DNA of 64,000 bases from Elusimicrobiota bacterium (GCA_030651035.1 JAUSCK010000173.1:4177-68176), one strand, 5' to 3'; counted from the first letter of the stretch, positions 8,265-16,943 are shown. Notes: a model not told the origin generated them from the sequence alone. Numbers and translations are program-made.

Positions 8265-8611
8265 TTCAGCCCCGTGTACTTGGTGTGGCGGCCTTTGGCT
8301 TTGGAGACGGGGTATTTCTTGGCGTTCTTCTTGAGTTTTTTGCCGAGGGCGGCGAGCGGGTCTATTTTGAGGTCGTGGCTTAGGAGGAGGACCCAGTAGA
8401 GGACGTCGGCGAGTTCTTCGGAAATTTCCGATTTATTGGTTTTTATGTGCTTTTCTATTTCTGCGGAGTTCTTCCACTGGAAGTGCTCCAGCAGTTCGGC
8501 GGCTTCGAGGGAGAGGGAGATGGCTACGTCCTTGGGATTGTGGAACTGCGCCCAGTCGCGCGCGTCCCGGAAAGCGATGATCTTTTTAGTGAGGTTTTCG
8601 ATGCCGCTCAT
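8261..8611 (-). CDS. MazG-like nucleoside triphosphate pyrophosphohydrolase (small all-alpha type)
   Basis: 116 aa from the internal ATG at 8611, with a GGGGG RBS upstream. The sequence runs MSGIENLTKKIIAFRDARDWAQFHNPKDVAISLSLEAAELLEHFQWK...EELADVLYWVLLL. The upstream 90 codons of the track ORF are Arg/Pro-rich junk. Its stop overlaps the next start (8264/8261). Confidence 0.85.
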   Translation of the reverse strand: MSGIENLTKKIIAFRDARDWAQFHNPKDVAISLSLEAAELLEHFQWKNSAEIEKHIKTNKSEISEELADVLYWVLLLSHDLKIDPLAALGKKLKKNAKKYPVSKAKGRHTKYTGLK

Positions 8612-8655
8612 GTTGCCCCCAGTGCTGCCCCGTCGCCTTGATTCTACCTTTTTCC

Positions 8656-8878
8656 CTACACCCCTAAGAACTTTGCCGTACTCCCGGTTTTGCCCGGAAT
8701 TATCTCCAGCCTGGTTTCTACCAGGGTTTTGAGTTCTTGGACGTGGGAGATTATGCCTACCAGGCGGCCGTCTTTGCGGATTTCTTCCAGGGCGCGCATG
8801 GAGAGGTCCAGGGTTTCGGGGTCCAGGCTGCCGAAGCCTTCGTCTATGAAGCTGGTGTTCATTTTTAGGCCGCCTGTA
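8656..8878 (-). pseudogene. sbcC: sbcC 3'-terminal fragment (diverged duplicate of 11148..~11370)
   Basis: It translates to GGLKMNTSFIDEGFGSLDPETLDLSMRALEEIRKDGRLVGIISHVQELKTLVETRLEIIPGKTGSTAKFLGV. The full SbcC C-terminus reads GGVKMDTIFIDEGFGSLDSDTLDLTMRALDEIRKDGRLVGIISHVQELKTLVETRLEITPGKTGSTAKFLGV. The nucleotide sequences are similar but not identical. Confidence 0.85.
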
Positions 8879-8981
8879 CAATTTATACTCTGTGGCGTAC
8901 CGGCGTCCTGGTACTTAAGCAGGTGCGCAAGCCGGCCAAAATCGGAAGATTTCATAAAATCATCGGAAGATTATCGTGAAA

Positions 8982-9437
8982 TTATAAGTTCTTTCTTGTG
9001 AGCCAGGCGCGACCTTTTACAGTAAGACGATATTTCTGGCTCTTGCTGCGCGGTTTGCCCGGCATGCTCATCTCCAGTAGCTCTATGGCTATCAGGCGCT
9101 TAAGGCCGCGCTTGAAGTTGCCGGTGCGCACGGCGTAACCCAAAGCCGTCAAAAGTTCCGGCGTGCTTTGCGGGGCAGCGGAACAGGCTTCCATGAGACG
9201 GCGCTCCGACCAACTGATTGGTTCATGGGCCTCGTCATGGGCCTCATGGGCCTTCTCCAAGCCGCCGGCTGACTGGCTCAGCGGCCGGGTCAGCAGCGGT
9301 CTTTCTATATTCAGGGTATTGGGATAGACCTCGCGCAGGCGGCCCATGTTGTCGAACACGGGGCCGGGATCCACCCACGGCAGCTTATAAGTGTTAAATC
9401 TGCCCGGTAGCGGTAATCCTCGGCCCATAGAGTTCAT
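8982..9437 (-). pseudogene. Chimeric remnant ORF: sbcD 3' fragment fused to a wHTH tail of a COG2865-type regulator
   Basis: GPVFDNMGRLREVYPNTLNIERPLL matches SbcD GPVFDAMGRLREVYPNTLHIERPLF (nt ~9296-9380 against 15963-16045). The C-terminal ...ELLTALGY...RGLKRLIAIELLEMSMPGKPRSKSQKYRLTVKGRAWL resembles the winged-helix tails of that family. Confidence 0.6.
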
Positions 9438-9476
9438 CGGACGATTTTGATTAATTGTCGGACAATTGTCGGACGA

Positions 9477-11039
9477 TTATTTTGGAGCAATCTTGAGAAC
9501 ATAACGAGCGCCTCTTCCTTTCCCTATAGGGTCTAGTAGGCCATGTTGAGTTAAGCCGACGAGATCACGGTTGGCGGTGTCCCGTGCCACATTAAATGTC
9601 TTTCGGCACCAGCCGCTGGTCACGGAACCGGTCTGTTGTGCTTCAATCATGATTCCCTTTTGACGTTCGTTGAGCTTAGCCTCAACCGCCGGAGTTACCA
9701 GCCCCGTAGAATAGGCGGGTGTTTTTATTCTGTCGTAATTACCGGCCGGTCCGGGCAGAGTGACCACAAAAAAGCCGTCCTGCTGCTCTATTTTAGGCTC
9801 GTCCAGCCCATGGTTGAGCATGGCCTCGCGCATTCGGGCAAAACCGGTACCACGCTGCTCCATTATGGACAGCGTGGCCAGCGTTTGGGCAATTAAAGGA
9901 TTGCGTGAGCACGGCCGGTAGCCGCCCCGGCGGAGCTTGGCCAGCGTAAGAGGCTGGGGCGGGTAACCAGGGCTTGCTACTTCAATATGGTCACGGAAAA
10001 TACGGATGAAAATCTTCCGTGAGGTGTCGTCGTAGCTGCGATGCGCCACCGCATTGACCAGGATCTCGCGCAGGGCGGAGACCGGATATTCATTTAGCCG
10101 CACGTTGTTCAGGCCCACCACCCGGTGCGGATGAAACGTGTGGTCGTCAACAAATTTGAGCGCCTGCTCCAGGGCGAGTGACAATGGCGCGTTGATGCCG
10201 ATCTGCCCCTTTGGCCGGCCTGTTACCCGGATGTCATCGTAGGCATCGGCCAGAATTTCACTATGAGGAAATCGGTTGGCCGGACGCTGTCCAAACAGAA
10301 GATACGCTGCCGCGGTCGCCAGGAATTTATCAGACTTAGGTGTGCGTACGGCCAGGCCGCGGGCATGCAAGGCCTGTCCGGGCGACCTAAAATCCTGTTC
10401 CGCCGTGTTCGCCGCTGTGCAACGGTTGAACTTCTTAAGCAGCTCCTGGTCCAGCAACTCGGTATAAACATCGGAGAGCACGGCAGATTCAAACGTTGAG
10501 GCTGCTTCGATCAGTTGTTCGCCCTCGTTCATTTCGGCGACAGTCGCCCGGATGCCGAACATTTCAGCCATGATCCGCTGTAGGGCCTGCAACATCAGAG
10601 GCTTTAAATCCTCCCGGTCGTGGAACCGTTTGTAGGTGTAGCCGTCCTTTTTAGTCTCGGCAATCAGCGCCCGGACCTCCGGCGAACGGGTGTCATCTTT
10701 GGCGCCCTTGAGAAACACAACGGTCGGCAACTTTAAGCGCTGCGCCAGCCGATATTCGTGGTGCGTGGCGGAAATCTCGCCATCGGGCTGGCCATATTCA
10801 TTTGCGATCATAAGCACGTAAACGGCGCAGCTATGCAGGGCTTCAAGATAAGGCTGCTTCGCCGGAAGGGGCGGCGGTGGTTCATTCTCGAAGAGCACGG
10901 GCACGCTATGTTGGAGCAGAAAAGGGTCGGTGGAAATCAGTCCGGCCACCGTCGCCCGTTCAAGCTCCAATTCCTTTTGCACTGAACTGATGAATATCCG
11001 GAGGGGTTTTATGCCTGTAGTGTTTGCCTTCCTGCTCAT
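9477..11039 (-). CDS. DUF4062 (TIR-like) - COG2865/HATPase_c_4-type - wHTH protein
   Basis: Start taken at ATG 11039, with GGAGG upstream. The N-terminus RIFISSVQKELELERATV...CAVYVLMIANEYG...HHEYRLAQ fits the DUF4062 pattern. The middle and C-terminal part reads LLFGQRP...LREILVNAVAHRSYDD...IEVASPGYPP...SRNPLIAQTLATLSIMEQRGTGF. The C-terminal wHTH reads ...GKGRGARYVL. Confidence 0.75.
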   Translation of the reverse strand: MSRKANTTGIKPLRIFISSVQKELELERATVAGLISTDPFLLQHSVPVLFENEPPPPLPAKQPYLEALHSCAVYVLMIANEYGQPDGEISATHHEYRLAQRLKLPTVVFLKGAKDDTRSPEVRALIAETKKDGYTYKRFHDREDLKPLMLQALQRIMAEMFGIRATVAEMNEGEQLIEAASTFESAVLSDVYTELLDQELLKKFNRCTAANTAEQDFRSPGQALHARGLAVRTPKSDKFLATAAAYLLFGQRPANRFPHSEILADAYDDIRVTGRPKGQIGINAPLSLALEQALKFVDDHTFHPHRVVGLNNVRLNEYPVSALREILVNAVAHRSYDDTSRKIFIRIFRDHIEVASPGYPPQPLTLAKLRRGGYRPCSRNPLIAQTLATLSIMEQRGTGFARMREAMLNHGLDEPKIEQQDGFFVVTLPGPAGNYDRIKTPAYSTGLVTPAVEAKLNERQKGIMIEAQQTGSVTSGWCRKTFNVARDTANRDLVGLTQHGLLDPIGKGRGARYVLKIAPK

Positions 11040-11147
11040 GGCTGGACCTCCAGTTGATTGAGATTTCCTTATAGAATATACCATGTCGCTGTGACAAAGG
11101 CTTGTCGCACACTTAAAAATTATCACTTTGCGGCCAGGCCGCTGTAT

Positions 11148-14100
11148 TTAAACTCCCAGGAACTTCGCCGTACTCCCGGTTTTGCCCGGGGTTATTTCCA
11201 GCCTGGTTTCTACCAGGGTTTTGAGTTCCTGGACGTGGGAGATTATGCCTACCAGGCGGCCGTCTTTGCGGATTTCATCCAGGGCGCGCATGGTCAGGTC
11301 CAGGGTGTCCGAGTCAAGGCTGCCGAAGCCTTCGTCTATAAAGATGGTGTCCATCTTTACGCCGCCGGCGTAGCCCTGCGCGACGTCGGATAGCCCCAGG
11401 GCGAGCGAAAGCGAGGCCAGGAAGCTTTCACCGCCTGAGAGGTTGGCGGCCGGCCTTGAAGTGCCCGTATAGCTGTCGAACACCTCCAGCTCAAGGCCGC
11501 CGGCACTGCGGCCGTCTGAAAGCTCCCGGAGGCGGCGCAGGCTGAACCTGCCCTGGCTCATTATATTCAGCCGGTCGGAAGCCTGGAGCAGGACATCGTC
11601 CAGGAAGCCCGCCAGGACAAAGCGCTGGAAAGACAGGTTCCAGCTGTTTTTCCCGTTGGCAACATTGGCCACCTGGCCATACACCGCGAACTCCTGGGAA
11701 AGCTTGGCAATTTCTTTCTGCTCTTTGGCTACGGCGGCAAAGACGCGGTTTGATTCGGCCAGCGCGGCCTCCGCTTCCGCCAGAATCTTCTGGGAACCCT
11801 CGGCCGCTGCTTCAGCTACTTCTGAATCTGCTGTTGTCTTTGCCAGGTTGGGGCGTTTAAGATCTTTGACCCCGGCTTTGGCGCGGTCGGAACGGTTTTT
11901 GGCGGAGGCCAGGGCTTTGCCGTGGTCGTCTATAGCCTTCTTCAGGTCTTTGCGGGCCCGCTCTTCCAGTTTTGCGGCTTCATAATCCTTTTCACCGCTG
12001 AAGCCGCCTTTGGTTATAGCGGAAATAAAATCCTTTTTTTGTTTTACAGCCGCGGCCGCGGCTTTTACAACGGTAGACTTGGCCAGGTCTGTTTTTTTAG
12101 CCGCGCCGGAATGCTCCTCGCCGGCTTTCTTGTCCGCAGCCTTAGCCTTTTTAAAGGCCTCTGTGAGTTGCGCGGCCTCTTCCTCTGTTTTTTCTATGGC
12201 GGCCTCAAGGCTGTCCAGGTCTGAGATGCCCTTGGGCAGGCGCTGGCGGGCGGACACGGCTTCAGCCTTCAGGCCGGAGGCTTTTTCCCTCTCGGCGCTC
12301 AGGGCTGTTGTTTTTTTCTTTTGGCTGGCTTCAAGTGAAAACCTGGCGTTTTTGGCGCCGGTTAGTTTTTCTTTGGCGGTTTCACCGGCTTTTATAGCCG
12401 CTTTTAATTCGGCGACTTTGTCTTTTAAGGTTTCCAGGCGGCCGGCTGATGCGCGCCAGCCTTTGGGGCCCTCGGCTATAACGGCTTCTTCCGACTCTAT
12501 GGTGGCCTTAAGGGCGGCCAGGGCGCTTTCGGCTTCGCCAAGGCGCTTGTTTTCCTGGTCCAGCTCTTCCCTGGCTTCCTTTAAACGGGCTTCTATTGCG
12601 GCCCTTTCATCTTCAGGCAGCGCGCCTTTGGTGGCGGCAGGCTTAGGGTGCTCTTTTGAGCCGCAAACCGGACAAGGGACGCCGTCCTCGAGTGCGGCGG
12701 CCAGGTGGGCGGCGAAGACGCGCTCCAGTTTAGCTATAGCCGCGGTGTGCTCCGCTTCTATCTTTTCAACTTTTGCTTTCTTTTTTGTGACGGAATCGGA
12801 CAGGGAGTCTTTGCCGGCTTTGAGGACCTTACGCTTTTCCTCTAAGCCGCTTAACTTCTCTGAAGACTTGGAAAGGCGTTTTTCCAGTTCCAGCTGGCTT
12901 TCGGCCGCGGATAAGGCTTTGGAGGCTTCCCCGGCTTTGTCCTTTGTGGTTTCTAAAAGCGCGATGTCTTTTTCTACAAAGCACAGTTCCTGTTTAAGCG
13001 CTTCGGCTTCGTCATTATATTTAGCGCAGGCCTGCTGCGCGGCTTCAAGCGCGGCGGCTTTGGAAGAATATTCCTTCAGCACCGGCTTCAGATCTTTTAA
13101 CTTGGAAGCGGCGGCCTCTAAGTCTTTAATGCGCGGCTCGGCTTTTTCGGCTTTTTCCAGGTCCTTCTTAGCTTTTAGCCCGGCGGCTTCAGCTTCTTTA
13201 AGCTCCTGCAGGCTTTCAGCTTCTTCCTCTTTGGTTTTGGACAGAAGACGCTCGCTCTCCTGCCAGAGCGCCTCGTAAGACTTGAAGGAAACTGTTTTGT
13301 CAGCCCGCTCCAGGGCTTTCTTCTGATCCTCTATTTCAGCCTCGACGGCCTCTATGCCTTTAAGCTCCGCGGCGGCCGCGTCTAATTCTTTGAACTTCGC
13401 TTCGCAGGCCTGCGCTTCCTGCAAAGCTTTACGGGCGGCCTGGGCCGCTTTTTTATCTTCGGAGGCGAGCTGGTCTTTGCCGGTTTTTCCGGCTTTCTGG
13501 GTTTCTATTTTTTCTTTAAGCTGCTCTTCTGTTTCCACTTCGGCGTTAGCCAAGGCGCCTTTCATTGCCGACGAGATTTCAGCCAGCTGGCTTACTAAAG
13601 CGTCCGCTTTTATTTTGAGGGCGTCCTGTATCAGTTTGTAATAGCCTGTTTTGAAGAGGGCTTCCAGGATGGGCTCCCTGTCTTTGGCGCCGGCTGAAAG
13701 GAATTTCTGGAACTTGTTCTGCGGCAGCATTATGATCTGGGTGAACTGGTCGGCCTTCAGGCCCAGCAGGGCCTCTACCCGCTCCGTGCATTCGGTGCTG
13801 GACAGGTCGCCGGACAATTTCCAGTCCCCGCTTGTGTACTCCCAAAGCGCGGCCTCGCCCTGGCTGCCCGTGAAGCCTTCCCCGCGTTTTTTCTTAACCT
13901 GCTGGGAGGGGGCGCGGCGTACTTTGTACTTTTTACTGCCCAGGGAGAACTCGAACACCACGGAGACCTCGGTGCCTTTCTCGGCGAAGTCGCTGGCCAT
14001 CCTGTCGCCCTGGCGCTCCTGGCCGGAGGTTTTGCCGAACAGGGCGTAGCAGATGGCGTCCAGGATGGTGGTTTTGCCTGAGCCGGTTGGCCCGGTGATC

Positions 14101-14195
14101 AGGAACAAAGACTTTTCGCCCAGGGCGGTAAAATCTATTACCGTGCCGGACTTGTAAGGGCCGAAAGCGTTTATCTCGAGTTTAATGGGTCTCAT
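11148..14195 (-). CDS. sbcC: SbcC exonuclease ATPase subunit (Rad50-like)
   Basis: 1015 aa. It has Walker A GPTGSGKTT, a long Ala/Glu/Lys coiled coil, zinc hook CPVCGS, signature LSGGESF and Walker B IFIDEGFGSLD. Confidence 0.95.
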   Translation of the reverse strand: MRPIKLEINAFGPYKSGTVIDFTALGEKSLFLITGPTGSGKTTILDAICYALFGKTSGQERQGDRMASDFAEKGTEVSVVFEFSLGSKKYKVRRAPSQQVKKKRGEGFTGSQGEAALWEYTSGDWKLSGDLSSTECTERVEALLGLKADQFTQIIMLPQNKFQKFLSAGAKDREPILEALFKTGYYKLIQDALKIKADALVSQLAEISSAMKGALANAEVETEEQLKEKIETQKAGKTGKDQLASEDKKAAQAARKALQEAQACEAKFKELDAAAAELKGIEAVEAEIEDQKKALERADKTVSFKSYEALWQESERLLSKTKEEEAESLQELKEAEAAGLKAKKDLEKAEKAEPRIKDLEAAASKLKDLKPVLKEYSSKAAALEAAQQACAKYNDEAEALKQELCFVEKDIALLETTKDKAGEASKALSAAESQLELEKRLSKSSEKLSGLEEKRKVLKAGKDSLSDSVTKKKAKVEKIEAEHTAAIAKLERVFAAHLAAALEDGVPCPVCGSKEHPKPAATKGALPEDERAAIEARLKEAREELDQENKRLGEAESALAALKATIESEEAVIAEGPKGWRASAGRLETLKDKVAELKAAIKAGETAKEKLTGAKNARFSLEASQKKKTTALSAEREKASGLKAEAVSARQRLPKGISDLDSLEAAIEKTEEEAAQLTEAFKKAKAADKKAGEEHSGAAKKTDLAKSTVVKAAAAAVKQKKDFISAITKGGFSGEKDYEAAKLEERARKDLKKAIDDHGKALASAKNRSDRAKAGVKDLKRPNLAKTTADSEVAEAAAEGSQKILAEAEAALAESNRVFAAVAKEQKEIAKLSQEFAVYGQVANVANGKNSWNLSFQRFVLAGFLDDVLLQASDRLNIMSQGRFSLRRLRELSDGRSAGGLELEVFDSYTGTSRPAANLSGGESFLASLSLALGLSDVAQGYAGGVKMDTIFIDEGFGSLDSDTLDLTMRALDEIRKDGRLVGIISHVQELKTLVETRLEITPGKTGSTAKFLGV

Positions 14196-14323
14196 TCTTC
14201 TTCCCCCTGCCCTTTTTCAGCCGCGGCTACGCCTTCTTTAAAGGCGGCCGCCTGGTCGCCTACCAGGCGGTTTTCGAACAGGAGTTTGCCCAAATGCCAG
14301 TCGGATGTATGAATGAATCTCAT
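14192..14323 (-). pseudogene. sbcD: delta-sbcD: in-frame 43-codon fusion of sbcD 5' and 3' ends, ATGA-coupled to sbcC
   Basis: It translates to MRFIHTSDWHLGKLLFENRLVGDQAAAFKEGVAAAEKGQGEEE*. The first ~23 aa match the SbcD N-terminus and the last ~20 aa match the SbcD C-terminus (QAAAFKEGVAVAEKAQGEEE). The junction falls at a shared CAGGC. The stop overlaps the sbcC ATG. Confidence 0.8.
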
Positions 14324-14333
14324 AGTATGAGTA

Positions 14334-14366
14334 ATTATAGCGGCGAGGTATGACAAGGGGTTGTCG
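14334..14366 (-). promoter_or_regulatory. Palindromic box CGACAACCCCTTGTCA + 11 nt + TATAAT (duplicate sbcD promoter)
   Basis: On the minus strand the order is CGACAACCCCTTGTCA, TACCTCGCCGC, TATAAT, 10 nt, ATG (14323). It is a near-copy of 16944-16976. Confidence 0.6.
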
Positions 14367-14390
14367 CTGGTGGGACGGATCCCGCGCTGG

Positions 14391-15554
14391 CTATAGCTCC
14401 AGGAGGCCGAAAATATCCTGCCAGGGCACGATCTTTATACCGTCCAGCAGCCGCGCGCGCGGCACCGGCGCCGCGCAGAAAAGGGACGCCTCCGGGAAAT
14501 CCCGCCCAAACGATTTAAGCCCCCTGAGCCGGGCGGAGTCAGGGGCGCGCGAGGATTTTATCTCTATCGCAAAAATCTTGCCTGCCGGAGTTTCAATTAT
14601 CAGGTCCACCTCAGCGCCGTCTTTTGTTCTGTAAAAAGACATAGTGTAATCTTTGCCGGCGTAATCAATGAGCCTGGCTATCTCGCAAACTATAAAATGC
14701 TCAAAGACGTCCCCGTACTCCGAAGTTCCCGGGTGGAGCGGGACCGAAAGCTTACCGCACACGGCCCGGTGGACACCTGTGTCGAAAAAGTAGAATTTTG
14801 GGTGCTTGGCAAGCTGTTTCCGGGCCGACTTGGTGAATGCCGGCAGCAAAAAGCCTATCAGGGTGTCCTGCAGCACCTGGAAATACTCCTGCACTGTCTT
14901 GTAGCTAATCCCGGTTTCCTTGGCAATATTGGAGTAGTTAAGAATGTTTCCGTTTTCAAAAGCGGCCAGCGGAAGAAAGCGCAGGAAGGCGCCTATATTG
15001 CGGGTTATAGCTTCGGCGGCTATCTCTTCCTGCAAATAAGTGTTCACATACGCTTTTAGGGACCTGTGCGCGGACTCTTCATTTTCCTCAGAATAAATGC
15101 TTGGCAAAGTTCCTATTCGCAGCGCTTTATCAAGCGAGAAAAGCGGCCCACACTCAAGGTGGGTCAGCGGGTGGAGGTGGCAGGTCCAGGCCCTGCCCGC
15201 CAGCAGGTTGGCCTGCGCCCTTTTCAATTTTCGCGCGCTTGAACCGCTTAGGCAGAACACGGGAGGCTTTCCCGGGGATGTCATTATTGACTGCACTTCG
15301 TTCAGCAACTGTGGTACGCGCTGTACCTCGTCAATTATGACATGGGTTTTGCTTTTATCACGCGCCAGGACTTCCTCCCGGAACAGGGACGGGTTCGCCG
15401 CCAGCCTGGTATATTCGTCAGATTTTAAAAGATCATAGTAAATGGTTTCCGCTTCGGAGAAGGTTTTTCTCAACAGGGTGCTTTTGCCGGTTTGCCGCGG
15501 GCCAAACAGGAAGAAGCTTTTATCTCTTGGAAGTTCTAATCTTCTTTTAAACAT
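14391..15554 (-). CDS. AAA+ ATPase (AAA_14) with C-terminal DUF4143 nuclease-like domain
   Basis: 387 aa. It has Walker A FGPRQTGKSTLL, Walker B VIIDEVQ and a C-terminal GAEVDLIIE...FAIEIKSS motif. Confidence 0.85.
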   Translation of the reverse strand: MFKRRLELPRDKSFFLFGPRQTGKSTLLRKTFSEAETIYYDLLKSDEYTRLAANPSLFREEVLARDKSKTHVIIDEVQRVPQLLNEVQSIMTSPGKPPVFCLSGSSARKLKRAQANLLAGRAWTCHLHPLTHLECGPLFSLDKALRIGTLPSIYSEENEESAHRSLKAYVNTYLQEEIAAEAITRNIGAFLRFLPLAAFENGNILNYSNIAKETGISYKTVQEYFQVLQDTLIGFLLPAFTKSARKQLAKHPKFYFFDTGVHRAVCGKLSVPLHPGTSEYGDVFEHFIVCEIARLIDYAGKDYTMSFYRTKDGAEVDLIIETPAGKIFAIEIKSSRAPDSARLRGLKSFGRDFPEASLFCAAPVPRARLLDGIKIVPWQDIFGLLEL

Positions 15555-15562
15555 ATAGCTCT

Positions 15563-15591
15563 ATTATACCGTCTTATTTAGAGGCGGTCAA
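15563..15591 (-). promoter_or_regulatory. Canonical sigma70-like promoter TTGACC-17-TATAAT for the AAA+ ATPase gene
   Basis: On the minus strand the order is TTGACC (15591-15586), 17 nt, TATAAT (15568-15563), 8 nt, ATG (15554). There is no Shine-Dalgarno sequence, so the transcript looks near-leaderless. Confidence 0.65.
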
Positions 15592-15737
15592 CCTATTTCA
15601 GCTAGCATTTGTATGTTTTTCATTTATCCGCCGGCGCCGCAAACCGTGCCCCCAACTCCTTCGCGGCAAGAGCCTTCTCCCTGGCGAGGCCGACCCTAAT
15701 GGCATCGATCAGAGCGAGGAGCTCGTATAATTTCCTG

Positions 15738-15791
15738 TCATTTTCGGCGGCCAGGGCCGAAGGCGTTTATCTCTAGTTTAATGGGTCTCAT
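15738..15791 (-). pseudogene. sbcC: sbcC 5' stub (first ~13 codons) left behind downstream of full-length sbcD
   Basis: MRPIKLEINAFGPGRRK* compares with the SbcC N-terminus MRPIKLEINAFGPYKSG. The ATGA overlap with the sbcD stop is preserved. Homology to 14157-14195 ends near 15754. Confidence 0.75.
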
Positions 15792-16933
15792 TCTTCTTCC
15801 CCCTGCGCTTTTTCAGCCACGGCTACGCCTTCTTTAAAGGCGGCCGCCTGCTCTTTGGACAGCTCAGCCGGGGTAACCTGCTTATAGAACGAGGTGAAAA
15901 GTTCCAGCGGGCCTTTACCGCACTGTTCGCGGGTCATGGCGACACCGGCGGACGGGGCGAAGAGCGGCCTTTCTATATGCAGGGTATTGGGATAAACTTC
16001 GCGGAGGCGGCCCATGGCGTCGAACACGGGGCCGTCGTCCAGGACCCTGGCTAAAATATAATCATCGCTGCGCTTGTCGCCGCGGCCGGCTTTAATTATT
16101 TCGTCAAGCTTGCCTTCTACAACACGCAGCTCCCGGCGCAGGGTTATGGGGATATCTTTCAGGGCGCAAGCGCCTTTGGCGTCTATTTCGCCCAGGATGA
16201 ACCGCTTTTTATGGTCTTTTTCGGAGAAGGAATATTTATAAAGGGAGCCGGAATAGACGATATTGTCCGCCTGCTTCTGGGGACCGTGCAGATGGCCCAG
16301 CGCGGTATAGCTGAAGCCCGAGAAAATGCTTTTATCCACAGCTTCGCTGCCGCCGATGGAGAGCGGGCGCTCTGATTCGCTGGTGGCGCCGCCGGTCAGG
16401 AAGACGTGGGCTAGGGCTACCGAGCGGGTGTTTTTGGGGTGGGCAGCTTTCAGGCGCGCAACCAGGGCGGCGAGGCCGGCGTTCTGGTCTTTCAGGCTTG
16501 CGTCTTTAAGGCGGTCGCGGAAGAGTTCGGTGCCGGCATAGGGGAGAGGATAGACCAGGACTTTTCCGTGCTTGTCCTGCAGTTCTACCGGTGAGATATC
16601 GGCTTTCAGGTCGCCGCGGATGAAGAGGTTGTTTGATTCAAAGACCCTTGAGCCGAAGTCCAGGCGCTCGGGGCTATCGTGGTTGCCGGCGATGAGGATG
16701 ACGGGGATTTTCAGGGTGAGGACCAGCGTGGACAGGGTTTCGTCGCAAAGCTGCACGGCTTCCGGCGGCGGGACGGCCCGGTCATAAATATCTCCGGAGA
16801 TGAAGATGGCGTCGGGCTTTTCGGCCTTGGCGAGTTCAAGAAGCTGGGCTAAGGCATGGGCCTGGTCGTCTATCAGGCGGTTCTCGAATAGGAGTTTACC
16901 CAGGTGCCAGTCGGATGTGTGGATGAATTTCAT
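15788..16933 (-). CDS. sbcD: SbcD nuclease subunit (Mre11-like)
   Basis: Start taken at ATG 16933 (MKFIHTSDWHLGK). It has the metallophosphoesterase motifs DWHLG, SGDIYD, GNHD and GHLH. Confidence 0.92.
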   Translation of the reverse strand: MKFIHTSDWHLGKLLFENRLIDDQAHALAQLLELAKAEKPDAIFISGDIYDRAVPPPEAVQLCDETLSTLVLTLKIPVILIAGNHDSPERLDFGSRVFESNNLFIRGDLKADISPVELQDKHGKVLVYPLPYAGTELFRDRLKDASLKDQNAGLAALVARLKAAHPKNTRSVALAHVFLTGGATSESERPLSIGGSEAVDKSIFSGFSYTALGHLHGPQKQADNIVYSGSLYKYSFSEKDHKKRFILGEIDAKGACALKDIPITLRRELRVVEGKLDEIIKAGRGDKRSDDYILARVLDDGPVFDAMGRLREVYPNTLHIERPLFAPSAGVAMTREQCGKGPLELFTSFYKQVTPAELSKEQAAAFKEGVAVAEKAQGEEE

Positions 16934-16943
16934 AGTATGAGTA

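Noticed and set aside
8612-8881. N-terminal extension of ORF 8261..8881 (90 Arg/Pro/Asn-rich codons)
   Set aside because: It overlaps the sbcC 3' fragment in another frame. The MazG homology and a GGGGG RBS begin at ATG 8611.
12010-13278. 422-aa plus-strand ORF (and neighbours 11656..11985, 13354..13641) antisense to sbcC
   Set aside because: It is Ser/Ala/Leu-rich junk mirroring the Ala/Glu/Lys coiled-coil codons of sbcC, and has no motifs.
15600-15737. Stop-free fragment translating to ...DRKLYELLALIDAIRVGLAREKALAAKELGARFAAPADK* between the sbcC stub and the AAA+ ATPase promoter
   Set aside because: It has no start codon and no recognisable family. It is probably a remnant carried in with the cassette, and is not reportable as a gene.
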